Assembly: GCA_024234615.1 (NCBI GenBank)
Contig: JACKNY010000002.1
Span: forward strand, 398,111 to 462,110
Reading direction: 5' to 3'
Source: Pseudomonadales bacterium
GTDB taxonomy: Bacteria; Pseudomonadota; Gammaproteobacteria; Pseudomonadales; IMCC2047
Length of the DNA: 64,000 nt
Below, piece after piece: positions 46,932 through 55,868 of this stretch. The position numbers were made by a program, and so were the translations under genes. Position 1 is the stretch's first letter; each line of letters starts with the position of its first letter. The notes beneath the pieces were generated by a model. That model did not search any database. It was not told the origin of the DNA and worked only from the letters and a program-made list of their open reading frames with translations.

Positions 46932-47858
46932 ATGATCTTTTTCCCCTATCGGGTCGATATGGAGTTACATCGCATACCACTGCTAACCATAGCTGTATGC
47001 ATCCTCTGTATTACTGTATTCTTGCAACAGCTAACCTCCTATGCCGACTATCAACGCTCAGTCTCCAGTTTTTGTAAAAGTATTGACCGACCAACACGCG
47101 TGGTGCTGCGGAACATCACCGGTCAGCATTCCGGCTCGCCCTGCGAAGATGTATATTTATCTATTCGAGAATCAAAGGACGCCAGCGCCACCATGCAAGC
47201 GTTGGTCGATCAGGCTAGACCACTAAATCTCTTTAAATCCCGCCAGGCCGAACTGGATTACATGCTCAATCACTTGCAAAAAGGATATGCTGAGTTTGAT
47301 AAAATGGTGCCCACCAACCTCACAGAAGAACTCCAGTTTAATCCGATGGAGTTACAGATCAAACGCATGGTAACCGCCGTATTTAGCCACGGAGACTGGG
47401 GACATTTGATCTTTAACCTGGTATTTTTTTACGCCTTTGCCGCATCGGTGGAAATAATTGTTGGTTCGTTTAGTTTTATTTTTATTATTTTAGGTATGTC
47501 CATCTCTACCGGGCTTGCCTATAGTTTCAGCGTCGCTGGAACGACTGAAGCCGCCTTGCCCACGCTAGGGTTATCCGGCATCGTTATGGGAATGATGGCA
47601 TTGTTGGCCGTGCTAGCACCGAAAATTAAAATACGCTGCTTTTTCTGGTTTTTGTTGCTGGTACGCTTCTTTAGCTTACCGGCGCTTATCCTGGCAACTT
47701 GGTATGTGGGTTGGGATATCTACAGCCTGATAACAGTGGGCGGTGCAGGTGTGAATTTTGTTGCTCATGTGAGTGGCGCCCTGTCCGGCGTGTTAATCGG
47801 TTTAATTTATTGGTTAATGCGACCGAGCTATATTCGACAGATTAATGTCCATACCTGA
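46932..47858 (+). CDS. rhomboid family intramembrane serine protease
   Basis: Multi-TM protein. Catalytic GxSG (GLSGIVMG) and a downstream His (AHVSGALSG) are present, as is the HGDWGHLIFN motif. Confidence 0.8.
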   Translation: MIFFPYRVDMELHRIPLLTIAVCILCITVFLQQLTSYADYQRSVSSFCKSIDRPTRVVLRNITGQHSGSPCEDVYLSIRESKDASATMQALVDQARPLNLFKSRQAELDYMLNHLQKGYAEFDKMVPTNLTEELQFNPMELQIKRMVTAVFSHGDWGHLIFNLVFFYAFAASVEIIVGSFSFIFIILGMSISTGLAYSFSVAGTTEAALPTLGLSGIVMGMMALLAVLAPKIKIRCFFWFLLLVRFFSLPALILATWYVGWDIYSLITVGGAGVNFVAHVSGALSGVLIGLIYWLMRPSYIRQINVHT

Positions 47859-47876
47859 TTAATCTAAGAACCTAAC

Positions 47877-48260
47877 TTATTCTTCCTCATAGCCGTGCAA
47901 ATCCAGCCCCTCTTCCAGGTAGTCCGCTAATTGCGGGGTTGCGAGCAAATATTCAGCTGTATGCAAGGTCCAACTTGAGCGCGCCTGTAACAGTGCATCT
48001 TCCCACTCATCAATACTAAAATCACCACGACCAACCCACATCAACGCCACCAAGGTTTGCTGTTGGTCGGGTTCCAAGTCATTGATTATCGAGCCAAACT
48101 CCTGACTCGTCGTACTGTTATTGTTAACTCCACGAAATTCTAGTACCTCTGAGTCAAATGGGCTGGGCGTATCCTCCACAAAACTAACATCACTATCGGT
48201 TTGGAACTCGTGAGCTTTACTGATAATAAATCGAACGGTTTCCGGGTTGAGATCGAACAT
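47877..48260 (-). CDS. DUF3775 domain-containing protein
   Basis: LNPETVRFIISKAHEFQ ... LVALMWVGRGDF ... EW fits DUF3775. I place the start at ATG 48260, 8 nt after GGGAG. Confidence 0.72.
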   Translation of the reverse strand: MFDLNPETVRFIISKAHEFQTDSDVSFVEDTPSPFDSEVLEFRGVNNNSTTSQEFGSIINDLEPDQQQTLVALMWVGRGDFSIDEWEDALLQARSSWTLHTAEYLLATPQLADYLEEGLDLHGYEEE

Positions 48261-48377
48261 TCCCATATCTCCCTCTAACAAGGGGCACTCATACGCCCCT
48301 TTGTGCGATAAAGAAAATGGCTTCTGTGTCTCGAAATTAAATGCACAAAAACCAAACTGCGCTTATTTTCGAATTAT

Positions 48378-48408
48378 TTGACATTCCAGTTACGGGAATG
48401 ATTAGACT
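48378..48408 (+). promoter_or_regulatory. MerR/CueR-type promoter with a 19-bp spacer and a dyad operator
   Basis: TTGACA (48378-48383), 19-nt spacer, TAGACT (48403-48408). The dyad CATTCC-N7-GGAATG sits inside the spacer. This is the same architecture as E. coli PcopA (ACCTTCC-N7-GGAAGGT). Confidence 0.7.
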
Positions 48409-48448
48409 ATAACTAACCCACCCTGTCCTAACACCCAGGTATTATACG

Positions 48449-48841
48449 ATGAATATCAGTGAAGCTGCACGACAATCGGGGCTAACGACTAAAACCATAC
48501 GCTACTATGAAAGCATTGGACTAATACATCCACCAAAACGGGGTAACAATGGCTATCGCGATTACCACGCTAAGGACGTTAGCCTGATGCGATTCCTTTG
48601 CCATTCGCGGCAGGTCGGCTTCAGTCTTCAAGAATGTAAACAGCTGTCAGAATTCTATCTCAACCCTGAACGTCAAAGCGTGCATGTCAAATCCCTGGTG
48701 GTCGAAAAAGTAAAGGACATCGAAGCGAAAGTGGCCAACCTTCGTGCCATGCAAAATACACTGCTCGATTTAGCCGACCGCTGTGCGGGCGATGAGGGCC
48801 CAGATTGCGCGATTATCGAAACCCTAGCAGGGGAAAGTTAG
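48449..48841 (+). CDS. cueR: Cu(I)-responsive MerR-family regulator (CueR-like)
   Basis: MerR HTH (MNISEAARQSGLTTKTIRYYESIGL). The C-terminal metal loop CAGDEGPDC has the C-x7-C spacing of CueR. Ser occupies the position that is Cys in divalent-metal sensors (RQSVHVK). Confidence 0.82.
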   Translation: MNISEAARQSGLTTKTIRYYESIGLIHPPKRGNNGYRDYHAKDVSLMRFLCHSRQVGFSLQECKQLSEFYLNPERQSVHVKSLVVEKVKDIEAKVANLRAMQNTLLDLADRCAGDEGPDCAIIETLAGES

Positions 48842-48842
48842 T

Positions 48843-50003
48843 ATGTCAGATTGCCATTCAACGCCAGCAACGGATCAACCCAAATCCTGCTGCGGCTCTG
48901 TACCAGTTGAACCAAAATCAAGCTGTTGCACCACTGAAACCGGTTCGAAAACCGTCGAATCCACAGAGCAAAAAAGTTGCTGTGGTGGCGAAGCCAAAAA
49001 AACAGACTGGTTACTCTGGATTTCTGCAAGTTTAATTATTCTGTTTTACGGTACCTATCTCGGCTTCGATCATTCATTAAAGATCGATTGGCTCGCCAGC
49101 ATGAGCCACTCCGTCTTTTCACTGATTAACACTATGTGGTGGAGTATGGTGCTGGCTGCCGTATTTGTCGGTATTTTAGGACGCATACCACAATCATTCG
49201 TCATTTCAGCACTCGGCATTGGCAACACCTGGCGTGGGCTATTTCGGGCGACGCTGGCTGGGTTGTTACTGGATTTATGCAGCCACGGCATTCTGATGGT
49301 CGGCATGCAGCTCTATCGGCGCGGTGCAAGCCTTGGCCAAGTCATGGCCTTTTTGATCGCCAGCCCCTGGAACTCGCTATCTCTCACCATTATTTTGGTT
49401 GCCCTTATTGGCCTCCCTTGGACACTGGCCTTTATTTTACTCTCCGCCGCCATCGCATTAATTTCCGGGCGGATTTTTGACAAACTCGTGGCCAAAGGCA
49501 CTTTGCCTCACAATGGGCAGCAGCCAAACTTACCCAAGGACTTTCAGTTTTGGCAACAGGCACGCAACGAATGGAAGCAGACAGACATATCCGCTGCCCT
49601 TCTCGGCACAATACTCTGGGAAGGGGTGAAAGGCTCACAGATGGTACTACGCTGGTTGTTTTTCGGTGTGGTGCTGGCTTCTACGATTCGTGCATTTATC
49701 GACCTGGAGTTATACCAAACCCTGTTCGGCCCAACCATGATGGGGCTGGGGTTAACACTGGTTGCAGCGACAATTATTGAAGTCTGCTCGGAAGGCTCCA
49801 CACCTATCGCCGCCGATCTTATTCTTCGCGCTAATGCTCCCGGTAATAGTTTCGCCTTTCTAATGACTGGCGTCGCTACAGACTATACTGAGATCATGTC
49901 GATTAAAGACACCACCCACTCTTGGAGAATTGCTTTATTTCTTCCCTTAATCACAGTACCTCAGGTGGTAATGGTAGGTTGGCTATTGAATATCTCAAGC
50001 TAG
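48843..50003 (+). CDS. permease of the DUF318/ArsP-like type (resembles the SO_0444-type Cu/Zn efflux permeases) with a Cys-rich N-terminus
   Basis: ATG lies 1 nt after the cueR stop. The N-terminal ~55 aa carry CH, SCCGS, SCCTT and SCCGG motifs. Multi-TM permease repeats follow. Confidence 0.72.
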   Translation: MSDCHSTPATDQPKSCCGSVPVEPKSSCCTTETGSKTVESTEQKSCCGGEAKKTDWLLWISASLIILFYGTYLGFDHSLKIDWLASMSHSVFSLINTMWWSMVLAAVFVGILGRIPQSFVISALGIGNTWRGLFRATLAGLLLDLCSHGILMVGMQLYRRGASLGQVMAFLIASPWNSLSLTIILVALIGLPWTLAFILLSAAIALISGRIFDKLVAKGTLPHNGQQPNLPKDFQFWQQARNEWKQTDISAALLGTILWEGVKGSQMVLRWLFFGVVLASTIRAFIDLELYQTLFGPTMMGLGLTLVAATIIEVCSEGSTPIAADLILRANAPGNSFAFLMTGVATDYTEIMSIKDTTHSWRIALFLPLITVPQVVMVGWLLNISS

Positions 50004-50199
50004 TATTGACCGAGGTTATCAATAACTGCCTTAAGTGTTGGCCAGCTAACTGAGCGGGGAGAACAGCATTGCGCTACTTCCCAGGTACTTTTTGTACGTA
50101 CTCTGGTCACAGCTCCTTCACAATACCCTCTGCGGAATTAATCGATTCCTTTCGAACATTACTCAGAGATGAATCTCAATTCTTTCATATCTCGTTATT

Positions 50200-51354
50200 T
50201 CATCTGTTGCGCATTTTTTGTCCGATTAACAACAAGCGTATAACTCGTTCCGCTGCATTAGCCAAATAAGCTTCTGAGTTTTTCAGCGCTTCAGCCAATG
50301 ACATCTCCCGCACCACAGCTCCTTCTAATCCATCGATGCCAATTTGGAACAGCTCATTGCTATCATCAGACAGCGTTCCACCGATGGCTACAACTGGCAC
50401 CTTCAGTTTGCGGGCGATTTTCGCCACCCCGATCGGCGTTTTACCAAATGCCGTTTGCGCATCAATACGCCCCTCACCGGTAATCACCAGATCCGCGCCT
50501 GAGATATGCCTTTTTAACCCGGTTAGTTGGGCTACTAGTTCAATGCCACTTTTCATTTTCGCCTTAGCAAATACATTTAAACCAAAACCGAGCCCCCCGG
50601 CAGCACCCGCTCCGCTGATATCTCCGGCGTCGCGTCCCAATTCCGTATTCACCAGCTTACTAAACTGCTTTAAATTAAAATCTAATGTCTTTTGCATCGC
50701 TAAGGTTGCACCCTTTTGAGCACCATAGACGTAGGCGGCGCCCTCCTCGCCAAAGAGCGGATTCTCAACATCGCTAGCGATAGTGACTTTAATCTTACGA
50801 ATAGCAGGATGAATGGTGGAAATATCAATACCTGCTACAGTACTCAACAACCCCCCACAACCCGGTTGTTCAATAAGATTTCCCACATCATCGAAAAAAC
50901 GGACACCAAGCGCCTGCGCCATACCCATCCCGGCATCCAGCGTTGCCGAACCACCAACCCCGACAATTATTTTCTTTGCGCCATTTTGGATGGCAGCGAT
51001 AATTAGCTGACCAACACCGAAGCTGGTTGTATTTAAAGGATTTCTAGTTGCGTCATCCACTAAGTGCAAGCCGGCAGCTTCCGCCATTTCGATGACAGCG
51101 GTTTTCTGGTCAGACAGTATTGCATAATGGGCTCTGACGGCCTGCCCCGCAGGCCCCATCACTCTTTTATGAATTGATTTACCACCTACTGCATCCAATA
51201 GTGCTCGTACTGTTCCCTCGCCACCGTCGGCCACCGGTATTTTGCGACAGGCTGCTTTCGGTAGAACACGGCGAACACCCTGTTCAATTGCGTTCGCCGC
51301 CTGTAATGAAGTGAGATTGCCTTTAAACGAGTCCGTCGCAATAACGATTTTCAT
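50200..51354 (-). CDS. glxK: glycerate kinase
   Basis: MKIVIATDSFKGNLTS..., PVADGGEGT and ITGEGRID.QT..GK are hallmark motifs of glycerate kinase (GlxK/GarK family). The paralogue assignment is uncertain. Confidence 0.88.
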   Translation of the reverse strand: MKIVIATDSFKGNLTSLQAANAIEQGVRRVLPKAACRKIPVADGGEGTVRALLDAVGGKSIHKRVMGPAGQAVRAHYAILSDQKTAVIEMAEAAGLHLVDDATRNPLNTTSFGVGQLIIAAIQNGAKKIIVGVGGSATLDAGMGMAQALGVRFFDDVGNLIEQPGCGGLLSTVAGIDISTIHPAIRKIKVTIASDVENPLFGEEGAAYVYGAQKGATLAMQKTLDFNLKQFSKLVNTELGRDAGDISGAGAAGGLGFGLNVFAKAKMKSGIELVAQLTGLKRHISGADLVITGEGRIDAQTAFGKTPIGVAKIARKLKVPVVAIGGTLSDDSNELFQIGIDGLEGAVVREMSLAEALKNSEAYLANAAERVIRLLLIGQKMRNR

Positions 51355-51660
51355 TTTTCCGCCAGAAGATCCACAAAATATTTGGACATAGTGTTGCTGT
51401 CATGTCTCTACCACTCCTGATTGCGAATGTCATACTTCGCACCGGAGAGGCCATCATGATCAAACCGCTCATAATGCTTTAAGTGTAACCGTTTTGATGC
51501 GGTACCTCTAACTCCGGTTTTATGACAACCCCTGTTTCGTGCGGAGTAATTAAAATTCATTCTGAAAAAGTGAAATTATATCAACCCGTTATGTAAAATC
51601 ATTCCAAACCTAGTTTGTTAGTGATATACCTAGCCTCCCCAGTCTCACAAACGGAGCGTC

Positions 51661-52098
51661 GTGAAAATGCATTCTCTAAAAAATCTATTAACGTTAACGC
51701 TTTTATTAATCTACCCCTACTTACTCGCAGCACCACAGGCCGAAGCCATCGATCCAACCGAAGTATCTCCTAACTCATATAAAGTTCTACTGGAAAATGA
51801 GCATGTGCGCGTGGTCGAATATCAGGTTTTACCGGGAGAGCGGGATAACTGGCATACACACCCTGCCAAGGTTTCTTACATTCTGTCCGGCGGCGCTCTA
51901 AAGATTACTACAGCGGCAGGCGAATCATTTGTTGTGCAGGAAAAAGCAGGTGCTGCAACTTGGTTTGGTGAAGTAGATAAGCATTATGGCGAAAACGTCG
52001 GCGATACTACCGTGCGCATTGTTTTTGTCGAAATTAAGAATATCGATGCGGAACAGGATGACCTTGAGCGATTTAAAAAACCGGGCGATTCTAATTAG
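51661..52098 (+). CDS. cupin domain protein with a signal peptide
   Basis: Signal peptide (LLTLTLLLIYPYLLAAPQAEA). The cupin core is present (YKVLLENEHVRVVEY...G....WHTHP). An alternative ATG start is at 51667. Confidence 0.6.
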   Translation: MKMHSLKNLLTLTLLLIYPYLLAAPQAEAIDPTEVSPNSYKVLLENEHVRVVEYQVLPGERDNWHTHPAKVSYILSGGALKITTAAGESFVVQEKAGAATWFGEVDKHYGENVGDTTVRIVFVEIKNIDAEQDDLERFKKPGDSN

Positions 52099-52184
52099 CC
52101 CGAATTGTCCTCTGATTCGAAGCTGCACTATACTTAGAAAAACCCCCGCCAAAGATTAGCGATCATCATGGGAATACGCACTTG

Positions 52185-52841
52185 ATGAGCAAGACTTTAA
52201 AGATTTTTAAATGGCTTGTGCTATTACCAACAATAACGCTTGTTGTTCTCGTCCTGGTGGCACCCTTTTATATCTACGACCGGTTCAACGCTGAACACCC
52301 CATCGCCAAACTAGCGTTTGTGCACCTTTCTGATCAACAGTATCTGGCGGTGTTACGTACCGGTGATTTTTGTAAGAAGGAAAATTTTAAAATATACGGC
52401 GATCAATGGCAGCTTGATGCCAGTTTTTTACGATGGAAAGGGCTTGCGGTAAGCCTGGGCTTTGAATCAATGTATCGCCTTGACCGCTTAACCGGGCGCT
52501 ACCGTAGCACCGATGAGCAAAATTCTAAGCCAATTGTTGCGTACGACATTGCACCGAAAGTCTGGTTCGACCTATTCGCCGACTCACAGGGTAAACTCCT
52601 CCCGGAATTTCTGGTTGATGCCCGCTTTGGTTCTTCCGTATATCTGGATATTGACCCTACACTTCTCTTTACCGTTTACCGTACTGAGGATGCGCTGATC
52701 GCTAAATCGCAAACTCGCCCCAAAACGGCAGTGGAAGACGGCATGGCAACCATTGAAATCAATAATGCCTGCTTAAAGGAGCCACAATTCTTTGCTATTC
52801 TGGCGAAAAAAATCAATCAGTTAGCCATTCAATGGCTTTAG
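52185..52841 (+). CDS. hypothetical membrane-anchored protein
   Basis: ATG 52185 (the track opens at TTG 52182). Single N-terminal TM (WLVLLPTITLVVLVLVAPFYI). No recognisable domain. Confidence 0.55.
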   Translation: MSKTLKIFKWLVLLPTITLVVLVLVAPFYIYDRFNAEHPIAKLAFVHLSDQQYLAVLRTGDFCKKENFKIYGDQWQLDASFLRWKGLAVSLGFESMYRLDRLTGRYRSTDEQNSKPIVAYDIAPKVWFDLFADSQGKLLPEFLVDARFGSSVYLDIDPTLLFTVYRTEDALIAKSQTRPKTAVEDGMATIEINNACLKEPQFFAILAKKINQLAIQWL

Positions 52842-52891
52842 TCGGCCATTTTAAGCACAGGCAAACAATTCATGATGGCATCAGAGGCCCC

Positions 52892-53797
52892 TTAAATACC
52901 CCGTTGCCATTCCTGCCGCAAAGGTATCGAGCCAGGTTGCTCAAGCGCCATACGCACAATTTCAAGTAACTCGTCACGGTCTTGATTGAGCGTTCCTTTT
53001 AACACCAAATAGTTGGAGGCATGATCGCTACGAAAAATCGTTTGCTCCAGCGCCAGCGTGGTCAACAAACGCTCCATTTCCTGCGCAAGCTCCAGTTGAT
53101 TCAGCGCGATAAAATCACCACCGAAACCTTGCTGGTAACGCGCCACGCCATGAGGAAAAGAAACCACCAGAGTTGACAGGTATTCAGGCTGCGCGGCGTT
53201 CATCAAACGTGCAGAGTTAACGGCATGCTGCTCGCTATACTTTTTACCACCCAAGCCGTTGAGGATCATTACCGAACGTTTTATGCCCGCTTGCTGGGCC
53301 TTAAGCAAAGCCTGCAACGAACTCTCGTAGGTTTCACCCTTTTTGATCTTTGCCAACAGCAAATCATCACCGGTTTCGCAACCTACATACATCAGGCTTA
53401 AGCCCAGCGACCGCAATTCTGTTAATTCCTCCACCGTCTTGTTTTTCAGGTTTCGCGGCAGACTATAGGATGAGATGCGCTGTACATTGGGCAGGTAATG
53501 ATTAATCGCCTGTAAAATTTCCGACAGTCGGCGGGTCGATAATGTCATAGCGTCACCATCAGCCAAAAAGATACGCCGGATAGACTGCCCAGAAGCAGCG
53601 ATACTACTAAGCTCCTGCTCAATTTGATCCTGCGGCTTCGGGCGAAATCGTTTCTGTGGCGCGGTGTACATTTCGCAAAAGGTACATTTATTCCAAGAAC
53701 AGCCATTGGTGACCTGTAATATCAAAGATCGAGCCTCACTAGGTGGTCGAAACAACGGCTCAATATATTCGGGAAACACGGGATAACCTCTCTTCAA
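52892..53797 (-). CDS. radical SAM protein (Cys triad spaced C-x4-C-x2-C)
   Basis: VTNGCSWNKCTFCEMY cluster motif plus a TIM-barrel-like pattern (IFLADGDA, YVGCETG). The start is uncertain: TTG 53797, or GTG 53779 preceded by GAGAGG. Confidence 0.78.
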   Translation of the reverse strand: MKRGYPVFPEYIEPLFRPPSEARSLILQVTNGCSWNKCTFCEMYTAPQKRFRPKPQDQIEQELSSIAASGQSIRRIFLADGDAMTLSTRRLSEILQAINHYLPNVQRISSYSLPRNLKNKTVEELTELRSLGLSLMYVGCETGDDLLLAKIKKGETYESSLQALLKAQQAGIKRSVMILNGLGGKKYSEQHAVNSARLMNAAQPEYLSTLVVSFPHGVARYQQGFGGDFIALNQLELAQEMERLLTTLALEQTIFRSDHASNYLVLKGTLNQDRDELLEIVRMALEQPGSIPLRQEWQRGI

Positions 53798-53946
53798 TCA
53801 TTTAATCGCCATTGTCGGCAATGCTTTGTCGTCAGGCAATAAGAAACACTATTTTTTAAAACTGATTTGTCAGATGATGGTCAACTGGAGCCTTCATTTG
53901 GCATTCATTTATTTATGCTCCATACTGTTAGCAGCAGGCAGGGACT

Positions 53947-54690
53947 ATGAATCCAATCAAACTCGTCGCCCATCGTGGCCATCAGACGCAATACCCGGAA
54001 AATACTCTACTTAGTCTGGCAGAGGCCATCCACGCAGGAGCAAGATATGTGGAAACGGATATTCAACTAAGCCAGGATCAGGTGCCGGTGCTCTACCATG
54101 ATAACCACATGCGTCGTATCAGCGGCGTTAAAGGCGCTATTCATGATTACAGCTTTGCCGAGCTGATCACTATTCCGGCATATGAACCCAAACGCTTTGG
54201 CGATAAATTTATCGACCTGAAGATTACTCCTTTAGCCGATTTAGTAAGGCTTCTGGTGGCTCACCCGCAAGTTCACGCCTTTATCGAAATAAAGCGCTGT
54301 GCTATTCAGCAACAGGGTATTGAAGTGCTGTATCGACGGGTAACCGATTTATTAATGCCGATCGTTGAGCAATGCACTTTAATCAGTTTTTCTATACCTT
54401 TTATTGAATATGCCTACCAAACCGCCTGGCCAAGTTTGGGGGTGGTGGTGGAGCGCTGGCGTGACATAGAATCCCCCCCCCTCCAAACCATCAAGCCCGA
54501 TTACATCTTTTGTGATTACAAACAGTTACCGCGAACTGGGACGATCGGTTTACCCCATACTCGCTTGGTAATTTATGAAATTGATAAGGCGGTAACTGCC
54601 ATTAAGCTGATTGAACGTGGCGCTAACATGATCGAAACCTTTGCTTTTGTGGAACTTCAACAGGCATTAGATAAGAGATTTCACTCTTAA
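53947..54690 (+). CDS. glycerophosphodiester phosphodiesterase (GDPD family)
   Basis: AHRGHQTQYPENTL and VETDIQLSQDQVPVLYHD are the catalytic His/Glu-Asp motifs of GDPD enzymes. Confidence 0.85.
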   Translation: MNPIKLVAHRGHQTQYPENTLLSLAEAIHAGARYVETDIQLSQDQVPVLYHDNHMRRISGVKGAIHDYSFAELITIPAYEPKRFGDKFIDLKITPLADLVRLLVAHPQVHAFIEIKRCAIQQQGIEVLYRRVTDLLMPIVEQCTLISFSIPFIEYAYQTAWPSLGVVVERWRDIESPPLQTIKPDYIFCDYKQLPRTGTIGLPHTRLVIYEIDKAVTAIKLIERGANMIETFAFVELQQALDKRFHS

Positions 54691-54692
54691 AC

Positions 54693-55868
54693 ATGAACCA
54701 GGATTATGAAGTTGTTATTATTGGTGGTGGCATCCATGGCACAGGGGTCGCGCAAGCTTCTGCGGCGGCTGGTTACCGTACGCTAATTCTGGAAAAAAGC
54801 GACTGGGCGGCAGGCACCTCGAGTAAATCCAGCAAACTCATCCATGGCGGGTTGCGCTATTTGCAAAGCGGCGAATTGAGCTTGGTTTGGGAATGTCTGC
54901 GTGAACGCGAGCTGCTCATACGCAATGCGCCGGAGTTGGTACACCGCCAAGGTTTTTATATTCCCGTGTATCAGAACTCGACTTACAAGAGCTGGCAGAT
55001 TCGCTTGGGGTTAACGCTCTATGCGTTACTAGCGGGCGCTAGCAATGCCTGCCGATTTCACTGTTTACCTAAAGATCAATGGCGTCAGCTCAACCTATTA
55101 AATACCGTAGGTTTAAGGCAGGTTTATGTCTATCAGGATGCTCAGACCGATGATCGTCTATTGACACAAGCGGTGGTTCGCTCAGCACAAAACCTCGGCG
55201 CCGAGGCACTTTGCCGCACGGAGTTTATAGACGCCGAAAAAAACAGTCAGGGCTATACCCTTAGGATACGACAGAAAGATAGTGACGAACCTCGCCAGAT
55301 TAAATGCAGAGTCCTAATCAATGCTGGTGGCCCCTGGGTAAATCAGGTCAATGCGCGCATCACGCCCGCACCGCCTGCGCTATCGCTTGACTTAGTACAG
55401 GGTGCGCACATTGTCATTCAGGGAGAATTAGCTAACTACTGTTTTTACCTGGAATCGCCACTTGACCACCGGGCAGTTTTCGCCATGCCTTGGTACGGCA
55501 ATACCTTGGTGGGTACTACGGAAACCTTATTTCAGGGTGATCCGAACAAAGTCACACCGCTGCCTGAAGAGGAGGCGTATCTACTCAGAATCATTGAGCA
55601 CTATTTTCCAAACTTAAGCCTGGAAGTGCTAGAACGTTTCGCTGGTTTACGCGTGTTACCGAAATCAGAGCGCGGCCTTTTTTACCGTTCACGCGAAACT
55701 CAGTTAGTTTGTGACTCACCAAAACAACCCAGCTGCATTAGTATTTATGGTGGCAAATTAACCAGTTACCGCGCTACCGCAGAGAAAGTAGTAAAGCTGA
55801 TCCGAAAAAATTTAAGTGTCCGTGATGCGCTAGTCAACACACGGGAGATCAGGCTTACGCGCGCTTAA
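54693..55868 (+). CDS. FAD-dependent glycerol-3-phosphate dehydrogenase/oxidase (short GlpD-like)
   Basis: VVIIGGGIHGTGVA...ILEK.D.A.GTSSKSSKLIHGGLRYL matches the GlpD N-terminus. At 391 aa it is shorter than the roughly 500-aa E. coli GlpD. Confidence 0.8.
   Translation: MNQDYEVVIIGGGIHGTGVAQASAAAGYRTLILEKSDWAAGTSSKSSKLIHGGLRYLQSGELSLVWECLRERELLIRNAPELVHRQGFYIPVYQNSTYKSWQIRLGLTLYALLAGASNACRFHCLPKDQWRQLNLLNTVGLRQVYVYQDAQTDDRLLTQAVVRSAQNLGAEALCRTEFIDAEKNSQGYTLRIRQKDSDEPRQIKCRVLINAGGPWVNQVNARITPAPPALSLDLVQGAHIVIQGELANYCFYLESPLDHRAVFAMPWYGNTLVGTTETLFQGDPNKVTPLPEEEAYLLRIIEHYFPNLSLEVLERFAGLRVLPKSERGLFYRSRETQLVCDSPKQPSCISIYGGKLTSYRATAEKVVKLIRKNLSVRDALVNTREIRLTRA

Noticed and set aside
50069-50269. 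66-aa ORF in the spacer between the permease gene and the glycerate kinase gene
   Set aside because: It overlaps the 3' end of the glycerate kinase gene on the opposite strand, has no SD, and its composition is unremarkable. It is probably spurious.
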